Origin: Amoebidium appalachense
Lineage: Eukaryota; Protista; Ichthyosporea
Reading direction: 5' to 3'
DNA: 64,000 nt
Assembly (NCBI GenBank): GCA_963693365.1
Contig: CAVNZM010000012.1
Location: 992,001 to 1,056,000 of the forward strand
In this document: in pieces, positions 1 through 11,396 of the stretch
Layout: every line of letters starts with the position of its first letter
Numbering within the stretch: the first letter of the stretch is position 1
Program-made: the position numbers and the translations under genes
Notes under the pieces: model-generated
What the model saw: the letters and a program-made list of their open reading frames with translations, nothing else
Databases searched by the model: none
What the model was told of the DNA's origin: nothing

Positions 1-1024
1 GATAGATGAACTTCGGATAGATATTTCACGGACTTCACTTTCACTAGTACTTCGATCTCTTAGCTGTCACATCAACTTTTTTTCCCAGTTCTTCACCATG
101 GCAGGTATATAAAGGCTTTCGTTTCTTCTTTTTGTGGTGGGAGGGAGTCCCACTCAGGGGAACGTGACTGCAGCGTGTGTGTGGTGTTGCCTGGTGTATT
201 CCTATTGCTGTGAGAGTGTGGGGGCATCTCCCTTTCGCGGAGTTTCTCGCTTGAAAAGTGGTTTCTTCAACGCCTGGTGGTCCACTGCAACCTATAATAA
301 CTTCTACACGCTGTCTACGCTTCTATGCGATCTATTGGCGGTGGGCTGCTGCAACTTCTTCAGCTACTTCTGCGCTGCGTGAGTGGAGGGGCGGCTACTT
401 GGTCGTCGGGGAGCTTTCCAAGTGACTGCCAGTCCTGAGCCTCCAGTCGTATGGCAATGACCGGGTTTGCTTGCATGCATTCTGTAATTGTGTTTTTCTG
501 TGTGTCCTGACACAACTAGGCCACCTTATCAGAGAGCTAGATGCAGTTTCTCCGGGTTATCTAGGGGCCGGGCCCGTTGGGATTATTTTTTAGCTCAGAT
601 TTGGTCTGCATTGCTCTTTTAGAGGCTGGCTTGCTTGCTGTGCCTCGGTAGGTTTTGAGGGGGGCCTGTTGGGAAGCAGCAGTAATGATGTCTTCTTGCG
701 GAGTGTGGTCTGGTCAACATCGATGCATATGACTAGTTGGAGCAAACTAGTTTCACGCATACACGTACACTCAAGGTTTTGCCCGCAGCCTGGTGTCCTT
801 TGTCACGTGTCGCTTTATTTTTATTTCGTAGCTTTGGCTTTTTCAGTTCTATTGGTGGTTATGTAGCCTGTGGCTGCACGTTGCCTTCGTCAACGGATCA
901 ATAAAACCGAGTCAAAAGAAAAATATTTCACGAGGCTGGAGACTCTGATCATGGGGGAGGGAGTCCCTAGGGACCCTGCTCGGGGGCGAGCTCAGTCAAT
1001 TATTTTACGATTCGATTCAATTCA

Positions 1025-1087
<63 letters not shown>

Positions 1088-2241
1088 CTGTCCTTCTGGC
1101 CAGTTCTCCTTCCCCGCCGTAGTACCCCGTAACCACCTAAGGAAGGGCTCTACGTAGGATGCATATTTTCAAATATGTTTGCCTCTCCGTAGCTTCCCCC
1201 TTGTGTGGGGACGGTACGTGTGAGCTCGATGCGCCATTTGTGATGATTCATGAGCCACGGGCGGGCGGTCACGCAAAGTTGCTCATGACACACGTACACC
1301 CGAGGTTTTCGTGGGTACACGTACTACCAGTGCTCTACTAACCATATAAAGTTCGTTTATAGATTGAGTAATTGGCTATCTTGTTTCTAAATTGTTGATT
1401 GGCTGATCCGTTATCCTCTGGCATGCTTGTCCCCCGCCCGCTTTCTTGAACTCTTGGTCATTTGAATCATTTCTTCCAAACCGTCGAAAGGAAACCTTTT
1501 TTGAATGCTCTCGCATGTTTAGGAAATTGAACTTCCGGAGGTGTGTGGAACAAGAATTCCACGGTCACAAACGCCACCATGACGGGACCTAGAGACAGGT
1601 GCTTGCTATGAATGTGGTTTCGAAATGCGTCATGATCGTAAGGGATGATTCTATCTATTTTAAATCTCACTCGTGTGTGGTTGCAGTAGTATTTTGTTGG
1701 CAAGATGGACGTGCGTTGATGTTGTGTGCCATGTACTCTTGTGCTTTTGTGCTAGTGCATTCGCGCGCATGCGTGCGTTTCTCTAATTCTGTGCGTGTGT
1801 GCTTGCTCGTTTAGCATGAAGGTGTGGGTGCGCTGAGGTGTTAGTATGTGTGCGTGGGGCATTGTGTGCCCCTTTTTGCTTAGGTTTTTTAGGTTGCTTT
1901 GCGGATTCTTTGTATGACCGCACGTCGGGTACCTGTGTGTGTGCTACCACAGCTTCTGTACGTGTTTATGTGAGTCTGCCTGGATTTTTCAGCTCACTCG
2001 CTCGTAGGTTTCTGTGTCTGTGAATCCCCACGAGCCTCTTTCCCTCTTTGTTCCTCTTTTCCTACTACATCTCTTTACAACCTTCATGGATTAACTCTCT
2101 CTCCCTCTCCCTCTCCCTTCCCTTTTCTGTGTGTGCGGTGTGGTGTCCGTGTGTCCGTGCTGTGTCTCGTGCCCTTCTTCAGTGGTGCATGGAAGGCTGG
2201 GAAGGTGGGGGGATGGGGGGATGGGGGAGAGAAGGGAGGTG

Positions 2242-2323
<82 letters not shown>

Positions 2324-2525
2324 TGGCCTAGCCGTCGAGGATATTGAAAGTAGGTTCCTTCTAGCCTGAGGGGTGGTGGCCACAAGATTCCGGGGAGTTC
2401 TATTTCCATCCCAACTTGCTCACCAACTTGACCACCCTGGATGCCCTGGTGTATACACACTTAGAAAGCTAACGTGGGGGTTTCCCCTCCTCTCTCTCCC
2501 ACCTCTCACCAATCCCTACCCTCCC

Positions 2526-2562
<37 letters not shown>

Positions 2563-2725
2563 GCCTCACCCCACCGCCGACTCCCCCCCCCCCCACCCAC
2601 ATCAGCCCCCCTCCCCCCCCCCCCCCCCCCCATCCCCCCCCCCCCCTCTCCCTGCCCAACCCTCCCCCCTCTCCCCCCCTCCCGCCCCCTCCCCCATCCT
2701 ATCCCTTCCTTTGACTTCTCTTCAG

Positions 2726-3637
2726 CAGGAAACCTTCGGGTGCACTCCCTACACCCCAGCCATCTGAAGATGACCTGTCGGCTGCAAATGCAACAGCTGT
2801 TCTGGGTGCATTCACCGGAGACGAAACAGGCAACGAAAAATGGGAAGAAAAACAGAAACATCACAAGGGATTGAGGTCTACCAAGGGGTTACTTTTCATG
2901 TTGGTTTCTTTGTGTTTCGTCTTGGCGGTGGTTTTCCCTTCCGTACCAGTCAGTCTTCTGCCTCACATTCTCATCATGGCGGTGACGGAGAAAAAGGACG
3001 GGAAGGCACAACCAGCGGGTCTAGTTTACGGTATTTTCAGTGTGGTTTACACCATTCTTTTTATAAACGGAACGGTATTTCTCCTAACTGGATTCTGGAT
3101 TCCCGTTCGTTTTGCCGGTATTTATTGCTGGGTACCCTTGCTATGTGTAGTTTTGAGGGGGAAATATTTCTACACTCACGGTCCAATCGGAATACTCATT
3201 ATAAGTCTGTGGTTTGACCCTCCACTCCTGGCAACAATCTTCACCCTTGCCTTTTTCGGTGTTCGGGTATGTGTTTTCTTCCTTATCCCCCCCCCCCCCC
3301 CCCCCCCCTCCCTCCCCCCCTCCCGGCACGTACCCTCTCACCCGGCTACCTTGCCAGCACCACCATAAACCCACCACCCCACTACCCTCCATTGCCCATC
3401 TATTCCTCCCCCCCCCCCCCCTCCCTCCCTCCCTCCCCCCTTCCCTCTCCACCCCATCCCCTTCCTCCTCCCCCTCCCTCCCCACTTTCTTTTTTTTCGA
3501 TTTGCAAATTCTTAGCTTTTCCTCTTCTCTTTTAGAGATTATAAAAATAGATGGGCGGTGGGTAGGTGTATGTGTTTGGGAGGGGCCCCGGTGGTGGTGG
3601 TGGTTGTGGTGGTGGTGGTGGTGGTGGTGGTGGTGGT

Positions 3638-3678
<41 letters not shown>

Positions 3679-3941
3679 GGGGGGGGAGGGGGGGGGGGGG
3701 GGGGGGGGGGGGGCTAAGGATGCAAGACACCGAGATGCTAGTCAGGCACCAGCACAAACGATCATTGCATTATCGAGGGTAGATAGATATGGGAGGTAAT
3801 CGTGATAAGTAACACCCCTCCCTCCCCCCCCCCCCCCCCCCCCCACACACACCCACACACACACACACAAAAAAAAAAACCCCCCTCTCAAAAAATACAG
3901 GAGACCCTCCTCTGGCCGTCTCCCCCTTTCTTATCATTTTT

Positions 3942-3981
<40 letters not shown>

Positions 3982-4194
3982 TTTTTTTTTGTGTGTGTTG
4001 TTGTTGATGCCCGGGGGGGGGGGGGGGGGGGGGGAGGGGGGGGGGGGGGGGGGGGGGCACCACAGAATGGTCTGTGACACAACCAACGGTTCTCACGAGG
4101 TAGATTTTTTGCTGTCTTTATTTCCTCATCCTGCCCCATATGCCATGACGTAGATTTCCTCGCTACCTTGCCTCCATCGTCTTGGCCTGTAGCG

Positions 4195-4241
<47 letters not shown>

Positions 4242-4598
4242 ACACACACATAGGAGAGTTAGTCAGCTGGTATGGTTCTCATTCACTTTCCTTCCACTTT
4301 TCACCTTTTTCTCCTCTCATTTCTTGTAACTTTCCCATATCCTTTCCACTCTCTTCTCTCTTTTTCTGCATTTCCCCCACCAATTCCCCTTTTCCCTGTA
4401 ATTTTGGCATTCATTTTCCGTTGCTCCCACCAGTTTCTCCACGACGGGCACGGTGTGTTTCTCAGTGACATTAGTGACGGGGTGATGATGTCATCGCTAC
4501 CTACCCCCTGGGATGTGGGCACACTTGCTGCTGCCAATGTGGGTGCTGTGGTCAATATGTGCGCTGAGTACTCGGGCCCTGTGGCACAGGTACAGCCC

Positions 4599-4639
<41 letters not shown>

Positions 4640-4906
4640 AAAAAAAGACACGCTCTTACTCATGCGAGCACGCCATGTACACATAGACATACACACACAT
4701 ACACATACAAATACAGACACACATATAGATACATGTAATGCCCCACCCTCCACACACACACGCACACGTGCCATGTCCACCTCCGTCATATCTATTCCTC
4801 CTTTATTTCCTTCACGGCATCAAACTTTATGGGCACACACACATACGCATACACGACACATGTATAATTACACACACGAACACACACCAACACACTCACA
4901 CATACA

Positions 4907-4971
<65 letters not shown>

Positions 4972-4987
4972 CATACAGTCACAAACA

Positions 4988-5052
<65 letters not shown>

Positions 5053-5180
5053 CGTCAACTTGCTCTCCGTTTGTCCTTATCTTCAGTTCTCGGTTCGTGT
5101 GTTGAGTTCGTGTACCTCAACCAACTGCTGTATTGTATTCCTCGTTTGTCCCTGAAAGCACCCTCGGAGTCCTTTCCACA

Positions 5181-5215
<35 letters not shown>

Positions 5216-5695
5216 GTAATAATAATGAAAAAAAATGAACGAATGATAAGTCAATTGACAGGAATGAAGTAAAGTAAGCTTGACAGAGAATTTTCACAAA
5301 TAAAATAATCAAATAAAAGAGTAGATAAAAACACACGGATTGACCCTCACCACCCCCCACAGTATCAGGCCAAAGGTATCAAGCAACTGCACCTACCCAC
5401 CACTGACACCACCCAGCCACTACTCTCCGACCTCGAAAGCGCCGCAGCATTCATCAAAGAACAAGTTAGCACACATCCGGAAAAGAAAGTTCTCGTGCAT
5501 TGCAAGGGAGGGAGGGGGAGAGCCGCAAGCGTTGTGTTGTGTTATTTGGTTTCGAGGGGGTGGAATGAACAGGAGGCGTTGAAAATGATGAAGGAAAAAA
5601 GACCGATGGTGGAGCCCGTGGTGGCGAAATACCCGAATGTGAGAGAGTTTATACGTGCGAATGAGGGGGGTAAAAGGACAATAAAGGTTTCGTAA
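2726..5695 (+). CDS. Host dual-specificity phosphatase, PTPMT1-like (phosphatidylglycerophosphatase family), spliced, with a hydrophobic N-terminal extension; 5' end uncertain
   Basis: Exons ~2726-3266 (multi-TM, donor GTATGT at 3267), 4434-4589 (FLHDGHG...GAVVNMCAEYSGPVAQ, CAG/GT boundaries) and 5363-5695 (YQAKGIKQLHLPTTD...VLVHCKGGRGRAASVVLCYL) join in phase 0. The CX5R loop HCKGGRGR resembles PTPMT1 HCKAGRSR. Confidence 0.8.
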
Positions 5696-6644
5696 GTTTT
5701 AAAATACTGGTGGGCAAAGTGAATGAGGTGATTGTGTCATGACGGCTTGGAGAAACGTAATACAATATGTGGTCTGTTAATCTGCAGTTAGTGTACTACA
5801 TGATCCGGTTAAAATGGTTTGTGTGTGTGTGTGTGTTACATGTTTGGGCAGGAAAACTGTCACAAACGATGCCACCATTACCTGTACTTTATGGATCTCC
5901 ATTGTATAGCATGTGTACAGTAATATCGTGGTAAGTGGGAGGGTGGAAGAGCAAGTAATTCTTTAGGCCCTTATGTGCTGATTGAATTTGAGCGCGAGAC
6001 GGGACACTAACAGCTATTGGGACCAGGCCATATATCGAGAGTGGTACAGGACCAAGTTACAACACCATTTATAATCACAGAGGTGTGCATCCCTTCAGCA
6101 TATCAGCTGCAGTGTGCACTTTCTATGCATATGGAAAAAAGGTGCAATGTTTTATGTTGCATAACGCCATCACAGCCACAATCTACTACAGTATGCGTCC
6201 GCGCGTAACATACTCCGCGCACAACATAACGTCGACGCCGATTTTCAAAAATCTTAACATACAGTATGCGTCCACGCATAACATACCGCCCCGACAAGGG
6301 TCGAGGTCGTTATGTTAAATTTTAATTAGTATCTAAAAATAGGCTCCCAGAGCCCGTCTCGATTATGTTACCCCCCCCCCCCCCCCCCCCCCCCCCCCCG
6401 CCCCCGCCCCGCCCGCCCGCCCAGGAGACCACACTGGGCCTCTCCATCGGGCGGGGAATCCGCAAACCGCCAAATGACATAAATATAGTAGTAAACAAAT
6501 AATAAATTGATCAAATGAATGAATAAACAAAGAATACTTATACTAGTTCCTTTTTGAGATGGTGAAAAAAAAAAAAAAGGGAAATTCGAAAAAAAAAAAA
6601 AAACTTTGGGGGGAAAAAAAAAAAGGAAGCTGAAAGCGTGAAAG

Positions 6645-6730
<86 letters not shown>

Positions 6731-6986
6731 AAATCTAAATCAATACTTGAAAGTCTAGCATTTAGTACATCAAGTCCCCCCCCCCCACCCCCCCCCTCCC
6801 CTCCTCCCCAACCCGCTAAATGAATAAATATAGAGGAAATCAATAAGTAATTGATTCAAATAATAATAAAAACAAACCAATTTTTTTCAAGGGGACCAAA
6901 CCAAAAAAGAAACACACACACACACACACAAAACAACTCATACAAACAAGGACGTACTAGTCTTTCTGCTCCCTCACACCTTACTC

Positions 6987-7872
6987 TCACACCTTACGAA
7001 TTTGGCACCACACACCTACACGAGTAAGAGGCAACCCCTCCCCCTTCGCCTCATACAAATCCGTATTCAGGGTTTCATCAAGCTCCAAACCATTACCGTA
7101 ACTCACACGGAAAAGAAACCCCCTTTTCTGGGCACCACCCACTATCACCCCACGCAGCCAGCCCACCAAACTAAACCTGCGCAAGATCTCACACCCATGC
7201 AAATTGCTACCCAACCGGGGGCACTCCTTAACTACCTTCGTACCCCTCAGGTATCTCCCATTCGTTCTCCTCCTCCTGTTTCTCCTCCTCCTCCTTGCCC
7301 TCCTCCTCCTCCTCCTGCGAGCCGCTCTCGTCGCCACTACCGATTTCATCATCCACTTCATCCTCCAAATCCTCGGGATCCTTTTCGGCCTCGTCTGCCT
7401 CCGGTACCTCCTGATAATCACCCACGAGCCCCCAATCTGCCTGCACTGGCCCTACTGGCCGGGGGAATGTATATTTCATCCCCTTCGGCAACCCTTCGAG
7501 GGTAATTAACTTATCATCTGCTGGGTCGGTAGACATAAGGCCGCCCGTTGCCTCAAACGCTCTCCACCGCAACTTTGAATAGTTGGGCTTCGCCTGTACT
7601 GTGCCGTCGGGAGAACCCAAAACATCCTCCACAGCCTGACCAATAAAATGGGTGACGAGAACGCGCTTTTCGGACGCTGTGATAGAGTTACTGACCCATT
7701 TTTCCAAGTGACCCTCCTCCTCCAACCATTGCTCCTGCAACTCTCCCGCTCGACGCTTGATTGCCCGCCCAACATGGTGGTCGATCGCCTGTGTGCCATC
7801 CGTACAACCGGCTGGCGTGTACCATGGGGTGATGCGCAAATCATCCTTCTGTAGCCGCTGGCGAAATTGATC
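6987..7872 (-). pseudogene. Pogo-type (DDE_1) transposase, C-terminal exon only, with acidic linker and C-terminal beta-rich domain; frameshift near 7235
   Basis: After the acceptor ctgcag|: DQFRQRLQKDDLRITPWYTPAGCTDGTQAIDHHVGRAIK...TASEKRVLVTHFIGQAV...WRAFEATG, matching the pogo P-x-x-x-T-x-x-x-Q-x-x-D...K motif. The HTH and the first catalytic aspartates were not found. Confidence 0.72.
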
Positions 7873-7888
7873 CTGCAGGGGGAATTCA

Positions 7889-7919
<31 letters not shown>

Positions 7920-8007
7920 TAAGAGGGAAAGTTGAGGGGGGGGGGGGAGAGGGGGAAGAGGGGAAGGGGAGGGAGGAAGAGGAAGGAAGGAGGAGAGGAA
8001 GGAGGGT

Positions 8008-8328
8008 TCAAGTTGGTGGAAGGGGGGAAGGGGGGAGGGGGGGAGGACTGGCAGCCTTTTTCAGCGATTCTGCGCGTGTGGGGGCTCTGCGGCTCTCTAA
8101 ACTCTCCATGTGCGAGCGCAATTGTGCTTTTGCCGTTTCGGCTTGTGCAATTGCACGTGTGGTTGCGTTGTTGATTGTGTTGTTTGCGTTTACAAAACCC
8201 TCAGAAATGATTGCTTGGGCTTCTTGGGTAGTTTCCTGAAACTTGTCTGTGGCCTCATTTACTGTGTGCAGTGCACTATTCAACGCCCCAAGTGCAGCTG
8301 CCTGCACCTGGACTACTGGCTTGGTCAT
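8008..8328 (-). CDS. Helical ORF at the 5' end of the pogo element (possible transposase N-terminal remnant)
   Basis: ATG-initiated 106-aa helical ORF that runs into a poly-C tract, in the same orientation as the transposase exon. Confidence 0.35.
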   Translation of the reverse strand: MTKPVVQVQAAALGALNSALHTVNEATDKFQETTQEAQAIISEGFVNANNTINNATTRAIAQAETAKAQLRSHMESLESRRAPTRAESLKKAASPPPLPPSPLPPT

Positions 8329-8790
8329 GATCGGTGGGTTTAATATGCATTCAACCTGCCTATATGACTAGGATGTAAAAACTAGCTATACAAGACTGCT
8401 TCGAACTAGTTGGGGCCTTCGTATGTTTCTGCTCGTTTATCGACATAGTCGGCCACATGAGTCCTTTGCATACCATGCGATGTGCGGCCGCCGCCTATCA
8501 TTGGCCCTGGCGAGCTTTGGGCGGTCGTTGAAATTACGGCGAACCACTGTTTTGTCTGGGAAAGAGATCGAAATACTAAAGATAGGGGGTCTAAACTGAC
8601 CAGATAAACCCGATAATTCGTCCTACTATGTATAGGACCCCTTGGTGCGCTAACATAATCCCGAAAAATGACCGAGGTCAGTATGTTAAGATTTTTGAAA
8701 ATCGGCGTCGACGTTATGTTGTGCGCGGAGTATGTTACGCGCGGACGCATACTGTATATGATTGGCTTTCCCTATGTTGCTGCAAGCTCC

Positions 8791-9250
8791 ACTACAATAA
8801 GGGGCGCGGCACCCCACGTTAGTGACGTCACAAAGTGTGACGTCACTAACACAGGGTGGCGCACCCCTTAGGATATGGCAGATATGCATATGGGATATGG
8901 CGATATGCAGTATGATATGGGTGTATATTGTGATTAGGATATGGATATGGGTATGGATATGTACAGGAGCACGTGCACACACTGTGTGTGTGTGCATAAA
9001 CACGTGCAGAGCACGTGGATTTAATTAAAATATTAAAGGGAAAACGTGTCATGTGTGCGCGTGCACGCACGCGCACATGCGACACGTACACAGTTCTGAG
9101 ATCAAAGGAATGCGACAGTGTGCACAAGGCGGCCAATGAGAATTCGAATTCCGAATTCCTTGTACAAGGCGGCCAATAGTAATGCGGATGCACAAGGCGG
9201 CCAATGATAATTCAGTTCCAAAAAGCCAGTTGCCGCACAAGGCGGCCAAT
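8791..9250 (+). repeat. Left terminal inverted repeat (460 bp)
   Basis: Reverse complement of 37170-37634. Differences seen: one substitution (GACAGTG vs GACGGTG) and a 5-bp indel (CATTA) near the inner end. Confidence 0.95.
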
Positions 9251-9289
9251 CGGAGTTCAGGTTGGCACATTTTGGTTTAGGCGGCCAAT
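9128..9289 (+). promoter_or_regulatory. Array of GGCGGCCAAT (CCAAT-box) motifs upstream of the first viral gene
   Basis: Copies start at 9128, 9168, 9196, 9241 and 9280. The same motif clusters at 37089-37297 and occurs at 12675. Confidence 0.6.
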
Positions 9290-9468
9290 AAGGACACAGA
9301 GATTAAGGATTTCGGTCCTCATTGGCCACAAGCGCACCCAGCATGTCGCCGCTGTGTACATAAGCATCCGCACACAGACAACATCACACCAAGCAAACAT
9401 GAGCCATACGTACACAGTTGAGGTGCACACCACAGTCACGTTCACCACACCCCCCAAACAACAGCAAA

Positions 9469-10383
9469 ATGGTCAAGCCAACCCTGCTGCGTCAAACGAC
9501 TGGTCTGTCCACCGTCAAAAGGACCAGCATCGCCGCGGTAAGCAGTGGCAAAGAAAACACCAACAACAGTGAGGGGCCCAAGATGGTGCAGTACAAGGAG
9601 GTGTTCCTCAACGGTGTGGGCAAGGCCACCATGGGCGCACCCTGGGTGATGAACGACGTGTTGGCCGTGCAGCTGTACAACCTGCCCAACATCAACATCA
9701 ACGGGCAGATGCTCATCGAGTTGGTCCCCAGCACGGTTGCCTGGGATGCCAAGCCCACCATTAGGGTCAAGTCGCAACGCCGCCCTGAGCCCTTTGAGGT
9801 GGCCTACGCCGTTGACCTGTGGCCCTACGTGTGCAGCATGGCCAGGGACGTGTTGTGGATGCACAAGGACCACGAGATGCTCAAGGGGGTGGACGTGGAC
9901 ACCGTACCTGTCAAGACCAGCAGCAACCTGTGGTCCAGGCACACCCCCAGCCTGTACGATGTGCTGGGTGCCGACCCCGTCGGCAAGGAGGACATGGTGG
10001 AGGCACTGGGTGGCACCTACTTCAACGTGATGTTGGAGCTCCCCAACCCCCTTGGCCGCAACCCCTGCCTCTTCAAGCTGGGCAACAACGCTGCCTCCAT
10101 CGACGAGTTTGTGGAGTTTATGAACTCCCAACGTGCCAAGTGCCGTGAGGTGACTGCCTGGGTGTCTGCAGCTGCCACCAGCGTCATCTACAACAAGAAG
10201 AACAACACTGTGCGTACCAAGCTGGTTGCCCGCAAGGTTCAGGTGTTTGACTTAGATGGCCTGATGGAGCTGGCTGGTGGTGAGGGGGGCGAGGGGGAGG
10301 GGGGTGATGTAGACTTGGGGCAGGCTAAGCGTGCAGGCACGCCCATGCCCGGTAATGACGATGCCAAAATGCTCAGAATGTAA
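9469..10383 (+). CDS. Viral hypothetical protein (304 aa), candidate OB-fold ssDNA-binding protein
   Basis: Strong GC3 codon bias, ATG at 9469. The C-terminal beta pattern VTAWVSAAATSVIY...VRTKLVARKVQVFD is followed by a Gly/acidic tail, reminiscent of T7 gp2.5-like SSBs (inference). Confidence 0.75.
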   Translation: MVKPTLLRQTTGLSTVKRTSIAAVSSGKENTNNSEGPKMVQYKEVFLNGVGKATMGAPWVMNDVLAVQLYNLPNININGQMLIELVPSTVAWDAKPTIRVKSQRRPEPFEVAYAVDLWPYVCSMARDVLWMHKDHEMLKGVDVDTVPVKTSSNLWSRHTPSLYDVLGADPVGKEDMVEALGGTYFNVMLELPNPLGRNPCLFKLGNNAASIDEFVEFMNSQRAKCREVTAWVSAAATSVIYNKKNNTVRTKLVARKVQVFDLDGLMELAGGEGGEGEGGDVDLGQAKRAGTPMPGNDDAKMLRM

Positions 10384-10622
10384 TGACACACGACTGTATA
10401 TTGAGAGGATATTTGTCTGCGGGTGATTGCCACGAAATAAACGGTCAAAAAACTTGTGTTTTTGGGGAAAAACGAACACTGTGAGCTACGTGACCGACTT
10501 GACTTGTGGCGCAATGAGAGGGAGTGTCAAAGACTTGCGCAAGTATGAGCCGATGAAATTTTGCGAATTTATCTCCAGGAATGCCCAGCATGTCGTTTTT
10601 CTTCTCTTTCCCTGTCTTTCTC

Positions 10623-10708
10623 AAAAAATCTTGAAAATCCTTTTCAATCATCTCTTTTCGTAGAAAAAAGTCTTTTAAAGTTTTTGTTACCGTAGTAGAC
10701 AAATCTTT

Positions 10709-10753
<45 letters not shown>

Positions 10754-10856
10754 CTCGTTTCCTTTCGTTAGTTTTGTGAAAAAACTTGAAAATCCTTTTC
10801 AATCATCTCTTTTCGTAGAAAAAAGTCTTTTAAAGTTTTTTTGTTACTTAGACAAA

Positions 10857-10909
<53 letters not shown>

Positions 10910-11016
10910 CTCGTTTCCTTTCGTTAGTTTTGTGAAAAAACTTGAAAATCCTTTTCAATCATCTCTTTTCGTAGAAAAAAGTCTTTTAAAGTTTTTTGTT
11001 ACTTAGACAAATCTTT

Positions 11017-11100
<84 letters not shown>
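10623..11100. repeat. Three ~156-bp AT-rich tandem units, each containing a (CA)n tract, between convergent viral genes
   Basis: Units start at ~10623, 10779 and 10935: AAAAA(A/T)CTTGAAAATCCTTTTCAATCATCTCTTTTCGTAGAAAAAAGTCTTTTAAAG...(CA)n. Confidence 0.9.
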
Positions 11101-11103
<3 letters not shown>

Positions 11104-11396
11104 CACACATGCACATGCACACTTAAATCGTTGTCTTCTTAGGCACACACACGTGCAGGCACACGTGTGCAATGCACCGCAGTAGTCTTGGGTTTGTACT
11201 CAGCTTGTTTTTCGTAAAAATAAAAGTTTATTTTTGCCGTCGATTGTCTTTGTAAAAAAGAAAAAAACGTGGAAATAAAGGGCTCTGCCCATTGTCTTCA
11301 CAAAAAAACGTGTCTATGGTCATGGACGAGCTGAGAGGGTAAAAAACGTATAAAACGTGCAAGTATAGGGCACAGCCCTGCACGGTCACCCCTAAC

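Larger units (their letters stand above)
6189..8754. mobile_element. Pogo-like (Tc1/mariner superfamily) DNA transposon, internally deleted
   Basis: Perfect 74-bp TIRs at 6189-6262 and 8681-8754 (CAGTATGCGTCCGCGCG...). TA flanks both ends (6187-6188, 8755-8756). The interior holds a DDE_1-like transposase fragment. Confidence 0.88.

Noticed and set aside
98-2470. Possible first exon (ATGGCAG|GTATAT at 98) and decayed coding-like sequence at 134-480
   Set aside because: No consistent exon chain or recognisable domain could be established.
8785-8790. Canonical 6-bp Polinton TSD
   Set aside because: The flanks are AGCTCC and GCTCCT; only the 5-mer GCTCC is duplicated.
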